Shown: positions 38,190 to 50,254 of the stretch, piece by piece
Layout: every line of letters begins with the position of its first letter
Numbering within the stretch: position 1 is the stretch's first letter
From: Eremomyces bilateralis CBS 781.70
Lineage: Eukaryota
Length of the DNA: 64,000 nt
Assembly: GCA_010015585.1 (NCBI GenBank)
Contig: ML975162.1
Direction: 5' to 3' (one strand)
The notes under the pieces: generated by a model
Databases searched by the model: none
The model's input: the letters and a program-made list of their open reading frames with translations, nothing else
What the model was told of the DNA's origin: nothing
Position numbers and translations under genes: made by a program

Positions 38190-41171
38190 AAGAAGTCTAT
38201 CTACCCAAAGCTGGCCCAGCTTGTCCGGTTTCATGACTGGATCCAGCCAGGAACTGGTCTACCTAGTTCTCCATCCAGATCATGTTCGTCCCTATAGGCC
38301 AAATCTGGGTCGGAGGGAGCTCTTCTCAGGGCGTCTTCGCTCACTGGACATGTGTTAGTTGGCGCAGGGCCATCTTGTCCATTTCCAGGTCTCGTTACCT
38401 GATTTTCCTCCCCTTAATTACTCCCTGCACCTGTATTGACTGGCACGGGCACGTTAGATCTTCCCGGTTGTTTGCCGTCGTCGGGAATCACTGCCGGATT
38501 GGTTTTCGGGTCTCCTGCGTCAATGCCCCCTCGAGAGGCCGAAGGGTTATTCATATCTGGCATGTCGGGGGCGTCCCCTACGGGTGATTCGACGCTGCAG
38601 CCGCGCTGCCCGCTCCGTCAACCCGGTGGTTCCCCACTCCCATTCCGGGCAGGGGTTGTATCTCATCATCATCCTCGTCATCGTCATTGAGGCCAGTAGT
38701 TCTGCCCACGCTGTCTGACCTGTTCTGCAATTCAACAATGAGTGGAGGGTAAATGAGGTTCGTTGGGGGGGTCAGGAGATCCGGCCGGGCCGACTTCAAC
38801 CAGTCCCCCGAAGATTATGAATCATCCATGACCTTCATCTTCCTTCGGGGTTTCGGTGTGGATAGTGGACTTCTGGGCTCCCGGCCAATGCCCGCGGAAA
38901 ATGTCATATGATTGAACCCATACATACTGCCTGTCGCACTTTCGACAAGCAAGTGCAAAATCGGTTGCTGTGCTAGCCATGATGGAGCAAATCTCGCGGA
39001 AAATCTCCGCATCTTCAGGCCGAATTGCCGAATATCCTGAAACGGCCCTCCGGAACCTCTCGCAAATTCGGTTGATGAGAGGATCTCTCCAATCCCTTTC
39101 GTCAGGCGTCTCACATAGACAAAAGCTTGATTGCTGCCATACGGCCGCTTCAGCAGTGTGAACTGTTTGTGAGTCAGCGCAAACTCTAAACGAACGAAAA
39201 ACACCGTGGCTATACATACACTGCTCTCTTCTCTCTAATGCGCCCTCGAATCCTGCAAGATGCCTCCTCGTCGACTGTTCCCTAGGGAATATATGGGACA
39301 AGGGCCCAATCTCTTCGTTAAGCTCATCAACAATTACTTAGCGGAGTTAGTAAATTTTTCGCTTAGTCGAACATTCGTTCAAGAACTCCATCTCATAATG
39401 GCCAGTTGTTTATAATCTGTCGTATTTCAGTATTCAACTGCTGGTAGAGCATGAAGAGTACTCTCCGACATTTAGTTTCGGTATTATTTTGTTTGGACAG
39501 TTTCGCCTGCCCTTGCGAATCAGTAGATTACACGTCTTCCTGACTGCCGGGGCGTTTCATTCCTTGATCGACTTACTTCAGTAAGGAAATGGCTGGTTCA
39601 TGCCGATAAGTTCAGCTCTCAGACTCGCGGATATTAGTTGTTAAACCACGTATTTGGTCATTAACAGCATTCGTAACAGCATCCACAATCCGCAGTTCAT
39701 CCATCGGTGGAGGCTGGCGTGCGGCAAATGTATTAAATGATACAGTCAGGTCTTGAATAGACGATTCACTAGGAAGAAAGATTAGTCTCACAAACGTATA
39801 TGAGCGAAAATGGGGGGCATATACATGCTTCCCCGCTTAACAGCACGTCCTTTGTTCTTCGATGTTCATCGTCAAGGACCTGCCTTTGATTCGCGTGCTT
39901 TGTTTGAAGGGGTTTGAGTTTGGTCGACGTCCACAATCCTCAATTTCTTTTTGATGGAGTACATCTTTGTTGCTTGTTCAGCCATACGTCCGTTCTGACC
40001 CGGAGAACCACATTTGCTTGGCATATCACCGATAATGATAGAGGCTGTTGGATTCAACGATAATGGTTTCCAGAAGTTTATGATAGACCTACCTCCAGTG
40101 TTTACACTGGTGGTGGGGAAGTTTATCTGAATGGCATTCTCTCGTATCGTCCCTCCTGAACTTGGCCCTTCTTCAACAACCCTAATCTGGCCTGAACGAC
40201 TGGATTCGTCTGTCATATCGCGGATCACTATGGACACCGTCGGAGTGAAGGATATATCGCCCCTGAAATTAATTTCAGGTCCATTTGCAGCGCCTACTGA
40301 GGAGAGGAGGGGATCCACACCCTCATCGCCGCTGTTATGGGTTGAAACCCTTGGTTGGCTCAGGCTGAGAGCCTAAGCCTGATTAGGTTAAGGGTAAATC
40401 AGAGTCCAAACTCTCCGATGTAAACAAGAAAGCTTCCCTTTCTTGTTCTCTTCTTTAGCTTAATCTAGAATATCTTTGGCTACGTGTATGTTGTGTGCAT
40501 CCAGCTATCGTGCCGTAACAGCCGCTCTTAGATGGGTTGGGCTGTGTGGGAGGATCTTGAGGAGAAACTTGGGGAGGAGCTTGGGGTGGACTTTGGAGAG
40601 GATCTTGGGGAGGGCCTTGGGGAGGAACTAGTGTATGATCTAGGCTTAGGGAAGGATATAATCTAGACCGAGGACATCGGATAAAGGGGAAATTAGGGCT
40701 AGAGGGAGGATCTAGGCCTAGGGAAAGATGTCGGCGAGAACGGCGAGAGAAAAATCTCGGCTAAAGCGAGGATCTGGCCTGGAGGGAAAATTCGTGCGAG
40801 GGAAAATCTTGGCCGAGGGGAGGTGGAGAAGGTAGGGAATCTCTTCGATTCTCATTTTCCATCGGTTGTCCCCCACCAGCGGACGTGGGCACGCCAATAG
40901 ATGACCTAAGCCATGCCTCAGGCGGGTTCAGCCAGTCATCGATGGTCCAGGGTCCACGGTATGTGCTGCGAGCACCTCCTACGGTGCCGCCGCCGGGTGC
41001 TGCTCCCATGGTGTTAGTAAGCACAGTTCCTCTGCCGGGTGCTATGCCACCGCTGTTGTTGGGCCCCGGATTGCCGCTGTTTCCGGGACTCGTGTCGTTG
41101 GGATTGGGTCTGGGAGCCTAGCCCCCGCCATCCCCTGGCGTGGAAAGGGGAACGGGCGGAAGGGAGGACAT
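38190..41171 (-). pseudogene. Long decayed gene (low-complexity, Pro/Gly-rich) with RIP-like nonsense changes
   Basis: ATG at 41171 (MSSLPPVPLSTPGDGGG*APRPNPND..) is in frame with ORF 40761..41024. There are several TAG/TAA stops in otherwise protein-like frames, a PPQx repeat and a canonical intron at 39769..39834. ORF fragments 39872..40318, 38822..39301 and 38578..38799 lie on the same strand. The 3' boundary is approximate. Confidence 0.55.
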
Positions 41172-42141
41172 TGTTGCGCGTGGGAGCGGGTTGCGTCCCG
41201 ACTCTTAGCGTATGATTCAGATATTCGAGAGCGTCTAGGTGAGCGGGAGATGAACTCGACCTCGGTGATGATAAATGAGACTGAGTACACGGCGGACATG
41301 CTCCTTAAATGTGGCCGCAACCATCTCCCCGATGGACACGAATCGCCGAATGATACAATAGGTATGTTGTCTTTTGTTGATGGGCCGAAATGCACCCATT
41401 GCGGCTCCGAAAGCCAGCCCAATGAGTGCGCGCATCGTCGAGTTCTTTGTTCACGCTTGATTGCATTGTTCTACGAATAGGATTCGCAGCACGTGGAAGC
41501 GAATCGATTTTCCAAAGCATTAAGATAGTGGGGACAAAATTGAGAGAGCAGAATATTAATAAGACTAGAACATAAAAACGAGAACTTTGGCGATATCAAA
41601 TGAACTTGGAAACGGGATGCGTGAACAAAGGGACGGAGACAAGAGACGATCAATTACAGGTGAGCAGTCACTCGGATACCAGAACCATTCTTGATGAGGA
41701 TTTCTATCAATTGAGGGTATTACCATAGCATACACCTTGCGATTTAATAGTATCCATTAATTAATGCCGTAGGCAAATATGGTTGGGAGTTGAATGATGA
41801 AATAGCAACAGAAAGTCGATTGACGTTGAAGTTCTGCACGTGACTGCAATAAAATGGTGCCTAATTTCGTGAAGCTGACTGGAAGCAGAACAAAATGATC
41901 TGACTGAAGCCTCCAAGTGACACCTCAGGCATCACATAAATCTTGGCAAAATTGAAACATTTCCACGAAATATTTCTGATATCGAGATCTGTGAATCGTA
42001 CGGAAATACCTATAAACATAAATAGCACTTTAAACTCTTACAACGTCCACTCACCCTTGGACCTCCAATTATACCTCAAAAATCCTGATAACAACCTCCG
42101 ATCCCCCCATTTAAAACCGTCCACACGACATACCACCCACC

Positions 42142-43088
42142 ATGTCCACCATGCGCAACGCCGTCCACCGGCGCAACCACCAAGAGCGTGCCCAACCGCA
42201 AGAACGTGCGAAATGGGGCCTCCTCGAGAAACACAAAGTACTTCCCCCTCCCACCCGTCAACCCACCCCCCTCCTCTAACTCTCTAGGACTACACCCTCC
42301 GCGCCAAAGCCTTCGCCGCCAAAAAAACCCACCTCCGCCACCTCCGTGCCAAAGCCAGCGAGCGCAACCCCGACGAATTCGCCTTCTCTATGGTCAACGC
42401 GCACACGCACAAGGGCGTCAAAATCGCAGATCGCAAATCGGGGGAGTCGCTGAGCCAGGACGTGGTGCGGTTGCTGAAGACACAGGACGCGGGGTATCTG
42501 CGGGTGATGTTGGGGAAAGTAAGGCGGGAGCGGGAACGGTTAGAGGGGGGTAGTATAGTATTGGGGAAGGAGGGGGCTCGGGTGGTGGGTGGGGAAGGGA
42601 AGGGGGGGAAGCATACGGCGTTTGTGGAGGGGAGCGGGGAGCAGGAGGGGTTGGATGTGGGGGAGTGGTTTGGGGTGGAGGAGGAGAGTGTGGGGCGGGC
42701 GTGGAATCGGAGGCGGAAAGAGGGGGGGCCCAAGCTGCAGGCAGAAGACGAAGAAGAAGCCGACGCCGAAGATGGTGTAGAGCAGCAGCTTGACGACGAT
42801 GCCTCCGACGCCTCCGAAAATGACCCCCTCCCCCCCTCCCCCTCCCTTCCCTCCCGCACCGCCGCCCTCGCCGCCGCCACATCCCTCAAATCCGCGCAGC
42901 GCGACCGCAAGAAGCGGTTCCACGCGCAGCAGGTGCTGGAGGCGCGGGTGCGCGGGCTGCGGGCGCGGGAGCGGGAGCTGGCGGCGGCGGAGCGGGAGGT
43001 GGGTATGCAGCGGGCGCGGATGGGGAATGCGGTGGGCGGGGTGAATCGGGATGGGGTGAAATGGAAGGTGAGGGAGAGGAAGAGGTAG
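42142..43088 (+). CDS. UTP11: U3 snoRNA-associated SSU processome protein Utp11
   Basis: Intron 42238..42287. Motifs MRNAVHRRNHQERAQPQERAKWGLLEKHKDY, ERNPDEFAFSM, LLKTQDAGYLR and C-terminal WKVRERKR. Confidence 0.95.
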
Positions 43089-43534
43089 GGCGCTTTGGGA
43101 AGGAGGAGAAATATACCATCACGATAGACATTAGATACCAGGGATATCCGGACGCATCGCCTACTTTGCAATGTGTAATGAACCGAAAAGCTTGTATTGA
43201 TAAGTCCCATTCTCCAGCTCGCAGAGAACCACAGATCACGAATTGTTTATTTAATGTAGAGAACCATTCGTTCCCAACGGATCGATGATAGAAATACAGA
43301 ATCCGAAGAACCCATTCATACACCCATCCATCCATCAATGCCTGTGAGAAGAATCCGAAGGACGGACATGAGTGTTTGGTCGGAAAGCATCCCGTAGCGC
43401 TGATCATCGCATCACGTCACATCGCATCCCGATCATATCAGGAAGCAATCCATGGAACCAAACACTCCGAGGGACATTTCCTCCCAACCCAATCTTAAAA
43501 CAAGAAAAAACCCCAACACCACGAAATCATCTAT

Positions 43535-45149
43535 CTACGCCTTCTTCCTCCGCTTCTTCTCCGCCGGCGTCCCCGACGCCGCCGCCGCCGCCTGCAATTG
43601 CTCCTCCTCCGCCCCTTTACTCTTCCGCGTCTTCTTCTTCCGCGGCTCCTCCTTCTCCACCGCCGGCTTATCCGCCGCCTTCCGCTTCTTCTTCTCACTG
43701 CCGGGGGTCGCCGCCGCCGTGGGGAGAGGGACCGCTGACACCTTCACGCCGGGGGTGGCGACGAGCGGGGTGGGGGCGGACACTTTGGCTGCGCGGCCCT
43801 TGCCGCGGCCGGTCTTGGGGGGCGGGGCGGGGGCTTCATCTTCGGAGGCTTCGGAGGCTTCATCAGTGGCTTCCGCAATGGCGGTGGCGGCAGTAGCGTC
43901 TTCATCGTCGTCGGCTTCCGCGTCGGCTTCGTCGGCGTCGGGGGCGACGACGCTGGGGATTTCGTCGATGGGATTGCCGATGGATGCGTTGTATTCGCGG
44001 AGGTCGGCGACGTATTTCTCCCAATTTTGACGGTACATTGCCTTCCAGCCCTGAAAAATAGTTAGCAAGAGAACATGGATGAACTGCATGATCGACGGAT
44101 GGATTGGGGGGATTAAGAACGTACATCCTTCTCCGACTCAGGCAGGATACGCCAGCGTCGCAATGCCTCTTCGTTCACTTCCGCCGGCTTGATCTCCTTG
44201 CCCGCATCGGCAAAGTCTTTGCGGATGGTCGGGCGTGCATGCTCGCTGAACAGGAAGTACGCGGTGCTAGGACGACGGGGGGCGTTGGGGTCACGAATCT
44301 TCTTCTCACGCTTGCGCTTGGGCTTGACACCGGCGACGCCGTCCACGACGGAGTGGTCGACGGCGCGGATGGCGGCGCTGTTGAGGAAGTCCGGGAGGGG
44401 GAGGTCGGAGGCGCTGGCGGGGTGGCCGCCGAGTTGGGCGTTGGTGTGGTTGATGTAGGCCTTCAGGAGGTCGCCGGTGGCGCCGTGGATGGCTTGGAGA
44501 CCGCTGATGTAGTGGTCGATGGTGGTTTGGAGTTCGGTGAGTCCAGTGACGACCTGGATTGGGGGTTAGTGGGATGTTGGAAGAGAGGGCATAGCAAGAC
44601 TCAATAAGCATGTTGTATGCAGGCAGGGTGGTTTCAGGGTGAGATAAAGCTCGGGAGTCTGAGCATGGAGTTGGGGAAGGAAGCTGCTGAGGATACTGCA
44701 TTGTACAGGACATAGCAACGATGAATGAAAGAGAGGAGGAACGTTGAATTTAGAGACAAAATAAATATGGGAAGATTGGGATGTAGGATTGAACGAACAG
44801 AACAAGTGGACTACTCTTTCGAAAGGAATATGCGATAAACAACAAACGAGACGCCGCTGTGCTGACTTGGACACCTATGTTTTGGTTGTTGACACAACGT
44901 GCTCGGCGTGTGCAGGCGACCGGTACCCCAAGCCGGGGATGTTTTGGAGCATGATGAGTGATGAGAGACGCGATGGGAGGAAAAAAACACGTGGAAAAAA
45001 AGGACGTGTTGATTGGAGTCACTGCCGCGATTGAGTTATGAGACATTGATAATACGTACTGAGTTCTTGAATTTGGTGTAGTCGTCGCGCGACAGCATCA
45101 CCATGGGCACCTGTTGTGGCTTCTCGGCGGAGGCCTTTGGCTTCGTCAT
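43535..45149 (-). CDS. HMG-box protein, Hmo1-like (N-terminal helical region, one HMG box, acidic and Lys-rich tail)
   Basis: ATG at 45149. Introns 44554..45059 (506 nt) and 44051..44124, plus a probable 5'-UTR intron 45206..45295. Motif KRKREKKIRDPNAPRRPSTAYFLFSEHARPTIR..RWRILPESEKDGWKAMY. Confidence 0.88.
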
Positions 45150-48100
45150 GATGGCGACGGTGCAGGTTCAAGCGCGAAGTGCGGTGACGGGGCAGTGAGG
45201 TTCAGCTGTTGTGATAAGATAGTTAGATGATGATGTTCAACGGACGACTCATAAGACACGGATCAAGTAAGAAGAGTGTGCACGAAAGAGCTTACCGTGT
45301 TGTGTGCGAACGGTGGGTGAGTGCCGGTTTAGAGGCAGTGCGGATGTGAGGAATGGGAGAGGCGGGAGCCGATGAGGGAGGATGAAAAAGAAGAAAATGG
45401 GAGGATGGGTGGTGGGCGGGTGACGGCGGCACTTTATGGGAAATTTGGGGGTGGACGAGCCTGGAACTGGTGTGTGTGAGTGGGCGCGTTGTGTTTTGGG
45501 TGGGTGTGTTTCGGTGGGTGGGTGTGTGAAGCGGGGGATACTAGGCTGCTCACGTGGCTGCTGGTTGATGGCGCGGGCTGATGGCGAGGGGTCTGGGTGT
45601 GGGTGATGGCCTGATGAGTGATGCCTAATGGACTACAGCTGCGGGGTGCTGAGTGCTGGGTACTGACGTTATGAGCGCTGCTGGGTGATGAGCCGGAGTG
45701 ATACTTGATGGCCGACTGGTGGTGGGTGATAGGGAGCTTCTAAGCCAACAGATGGCCAGCACCACAGGGGAGGGCCTGGAGCCTTGTTGTCCAATATTAC
45801 TTGTTTCTATTCGTGTCTCCTCTGCAGTCCCGCTCCTCAGTTCGCAGTACATCGGCCAGGCAATGTGGCAGAAAACGGGGCGGTTAGCGTCAACCAATGT
45901 GTGCTCTATCGTTCTCTGCGTCTCTTTCGCCCGTTGCTATTCAGTGGCTGCACTGGATTGACGGCGTCGTGGTGTCTCCAACTGAATGAAGCTGCGATGC
46001 CGGCGGTCTCTCTCCACTTTTCGCCGGGCTGTCTAGCAACTTGCAGCCAGTTTCAACGGACGGATGACACCCTTGGGCGTCCGCTCTCAGTTGTTGCAGA
46101 CACTATTTATTCCGTCTCATCGCAAGGATGGGAAATCTGTTGAGACACTGAATCCGCTCTGGGACTCTGGCAGACGGCAGTATGTTACCCAGGACATGCA
46201 GCTGCGCGTGAGTGCCGGGGTGGTACGTATGCAGCATCCGCCAGCGACTCTGCTCCGTCTCCCCTTCATCATCTCGCACAACTCTGGTAGTGATACGTTT
46301 GATAATTGATACGTGTGTGCCACGAACCTTCAAAGTTCAGCTCTCTTTCCAACTCTTACCCACCACCACCAGCAGGAGAATTTGGCCGCTGGGCGCCGCC
46401 AATCAAGCCCCCCGGTCTAATCTGCAGTCATTAAGCCGGGTCAGCAAGCCTATCCATCGGCACACCCTAGTCCCCACCAGCAAACTCTGCAGCCGAGTGC
46501 AGCCAATATCGACCCCATCTTAGCTGCTGATTGGGTAGTGCAGTGCTAGCCGACAGGGCACCGAGACGTGTAGCTGCCGACAGCCGGCGTTTTCGGCCGC
46601 ATTGGTGCCCCTTAGCCCGTTCACATATTAACAGAGGGCCTAGATGCCAGTGGGCCTTTGCAACCGCTGATCCGCTGCACTCAGAGTCTCAGACGCTCTT
46701 CTGCCGCAGCATCTGTATTTTGCCCTCCCAGGCTACTGGCTCCTTGATCGTGGGTGATGGGACTGCCTGCCTGGCGGCACTACTGCTGTCTGCTAAAATG
46801 ACCGGTCAACTCTTCACAACGTGCCTCGCCTATTAACGATAAGACTGCAGACTGAATAGTGTATTAATTCCCTGGAGAGTCTTGACAACTGATCCATAGA
46901 TAGAGGATGCGTCTATCACTGGCATTTCCGCCCGAGGACAGGCTTACTGCAGGCCAGGCGTGCTTTTTACCAAACGCCGGGCAGTTCCGGTGTGTTCCTC
47001 CCTCCACAGCCATCTTGGGCTCCCTTCACCAGTTGGTTTATGTTTACGATTCTGTTTGACTCGGATATCAGATTGAATATAAATCTTGTCCCTCCCGAGA
47101 TGCCATTATAATCGTGATATTGCGATTGAAATCCTCGACTGCTCATTTCAACCTTTCGAAGTAATAGTGGGAGGATTCACTCGGCCCTACTACCTCCAGG
47201 TCCGCAACACCACCCCAGATACAGCAGTCCATCCCCACCGTGCGCCTGCCCAAATCCCTCCCGCGGTCCCGCCCAAATCTTCCGCCCTTCGCCGCCCACC
47301 CCCGCCCCGCGAGCCACAAATTCGATCTACCATCCTAATTCCTATCGCGTCATCCAGTCCCCCAGCCCGACGAATCCTCCGAGATCTTCCACCCACCACA
47401 CCCATCCCCTTAGCGTCGAGCGCCTGCTGGGTCCTCCAAAGCCGACACACCAAACAACCGCAACACTCGAGTCGCACGGTTGGGAGCCCCATCTCTACGG
47501 TGCAACCCACCCGTTTGACACCCTGGCGGCGGTGCAAACAATTAACAACCCAAGCTCTGCAATTTGATATCCCGTCATCCCGACTGGCCATCGTTTTGGG
47601 GCCCCATCCTGGTTCTCCCCTCAACGAACGACGCGGTTGGGGTGTATCCGGAGTGCTGTTGCCAGTCCCACGATGTCGGTGCGTATCATGACTTTATGAG
47701 TGTCTCTCAAACTGTTACGGCATTGGGCGTGTTGTGTGTTGTGGGGCCCATCCTGTCTGGAGTCGGATACCCTGGATGGCGGGGATTGGCACTGGAGACG
47801 GAGGAGCAGAAGACTCCCTAACGGCAATAGGAGCACGATGCCGGCTGCAACATCCAGGTAAATCCTACTATAGTATCAAGCGTGCTTGCCACGGTCTCCC
47901 GGACTGAATTCCACGATCCCTACCAGAACCCTAGATCAGATCGAGTGCCTGACGTGACGCCAGTAAGAAGGTCCATAGGTGTCCTATACAACTACCTAGC
48001 CCACATCCCCATACCGAGTGAAAGTACAGGTATCCAGTTCGTCATTGGCGAACTCATCCTCCCCTTCCTTCATTTTACAAAGAGAATGAAATCGAATGAC

Positions 48101-48274
48101 CCAGTACCCACCAAACGCCGGAGATGCAAATCCCAATCCCTTCGTCGCGGTGAACATCCATCCGAGTGACCCCGCGATCGACACCCGCGCCTCGTGTCTC
48201 AGTCATCGCGCTCTCTCCCCCTCAAGTAATCATCCCGCGCGCCCACCGAACCATCCTCCGCCCCCATCCCCCCC

Positions 48275-49078
48275 TCACTTATACTGCGGCTGCCCTCCTT
48301 GCGCAGGCATCTGTCCCGGGACATGTCCGGCCCCCGCCACGCCATGCCCATTCATCACGTCCGGCCGATACTTGATGTCCTGGTAAAAGTTGCAAATGTG
48401 GCAGCCAATCTCCTTCCACGGCTTCAGCGAGAAGGGGATGATCGGAACGAAGCAGAAGGTGAACCATTCCCTGTACGGAGCTTGGTTAGCTTTGCGAACT
48501 GGCAAGGTGGGAGGGTGGGAGGGAAGGGGGAGAGAAGACATACCATCGGCTGTAGGGATGCGCGCTGATGTTACCGCAGTTCTGGCATTGCACAGTCACG
48601 TTTTCGTAGCCTTTGAGCGGGTTGGTGAACGCTGTTGCGGGCGGTTAGTCTTGTTCGTCCTCAATCGTAAACCCGTAACGCATAACCCATATCGTTTTGT
48701 TCGCGCCCCGGGATATACGAAGGAGGGAATACAACGTGGGTTGGGGGATATATTAAGGAGCTCGGAGGAGGGAGAATGATATGGGATGACGTACTATGCG
48801 TTCCTATTGCGTCGAATCGTCAGCTTTTCGCTATTTTTCAGAATCCAATGCGCGCGAATTATTAAATCATGCGAACCATCGCGCCGCACCACACATCGAA
48901 GAGGTCCGCGGTGCCAGCGCCCCGGCCGCGATGTACGGTGGCGCCGCGCTATGGCGCAAGATCCGATCCGCGACCTGGACTTCATTGCGGTGGGAAAACG
49001 AGCGTTGCATGACGCGCGTTGTCGGGGAGGGGAGGGGAGGGGAGGGGACTTACCGCATGTGAAGAAGAAGAACACCAT
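48275..49078 (-). CDS. Small zinc-ribbon protein (zinc_ribbon_15-like) with a 9-nt microexon
   Basis: Exons 49078..49054, 48803..48795, 48631..48544 and 48470..48275 give MVFFFFTCGTHTFTNPLKGYENVTVQCQNCGNISAHPYSRWEWFTFCFVPIIPFSLKPWKEIGCHICNFYQDIKYRPDV...QPQYK, with two CxxC pairs. Confidence 0.85.
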
Positions 49079-50254
49079 GATGAAGGTGGTTCGTGTTGAG
49101 GGGTTTGGATGCGCGGAAAAGAGATTGGGAGGTTCGGTTGATAGAGGCAAGGTGTGGAGTGAATGTGGTGAGCAGGAGCCTGAACGTCGTTCACGATGTC
49201 AAGGCCTCAAAGGATGGAGGGAACGATGCACCGTGCGGTCGCTACCAGTATATCGGGATCGAATAGTTTTAATACAGAGGGAGAAATATGTATGGAGCTA
49301 GGTTTCAGGAAGTTAGGAAGCACGATCTTTGTTGTCGAAAGATGCAAATGACGAAACAAAGGCAAGGGAGGAATGGGCGATATTCAATTATTATACGTCG
49401 TTTCGCTCGAATGACCAGCTGCCTGGGATGTCTTGGAAAACAATATCTGACCGGCTCCTGGCTCCGCCGTCCCTCCTTTGTCAGATGAACCGCCGGGATG
49501 TCCTCCGCGACGCTGCAGACAGCCTCCCTAATTCACAGATTTCGCTGTGGCACCTCACTTAAGCTTCGGGTGGTGATTGTGATTGTCAGAAGACGTGGAG
49601 GTGTCAGGCGGTCTGCCCAGGAGCTTCGGAGCTTGGCGACCGAAATGGGAGTCGGGTGGGTGGTGGATGACGACGATCGGTGGGCACAACCACCGGGTTT
49701 ACCGGTGCCGGGACGTGGGGAGAGGCCCAGGACCGGGGAATATTAAAACGGTGGGTGGCGTAGACACTGCTCCTGGTATAGAGTCACGGTCCATTCCCAT
49801 ATAATATCACACCTATTGTTGGCTTGATTAGTGACGATATGCTTGATATTGGGGCTCTACCAGTCCATTCGGAGTTCGATTCGGCGAATTTGCAGCGGAT
49901 TGACACGGGGTGTGAAGCGATGGGCCTGATATATGACTGCGGAGAGATTTCGACTTCAACGTACGGCCCTCCATTTGATCAAGAAAGTACCAGCCCCTAT
50001 TACCGATCGATTCAAATTTGATAAGAGTATATAGGACCCAGCATTGTCCGGGTATGTAGCGATATCCAATTGCAATTCGCTCAAGGAACCGAAGGCCTAA
50101 ACGGGGCAGGTATGTATAAGTACTCGCACTCCCACCAGCAAGGATGACCATGAAGGCGTTCTTTCAAATGCGTTCTTCCAATGCCTTTGCAAACTCCGTT
50201 CCAGCAGCGTAAATCATGAGCGCATGCGGTAGCTCCGCGTCGTCCCATGTTCGC

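Noticed and set aside
40761..41120. Premature TAG codons as A-to-I editing-correctable stops
   Set aside because: The locus also has TAA stops and frameshifts, and the contexts fit Gln (CAG) better than Trp. RIP-like decay is the simpler explanation.
45300..48270. Telomerase RNA candidate in the long structured intergenic region
   Set aside because: I found no TAACCCTAA-type template on either strand by eye.
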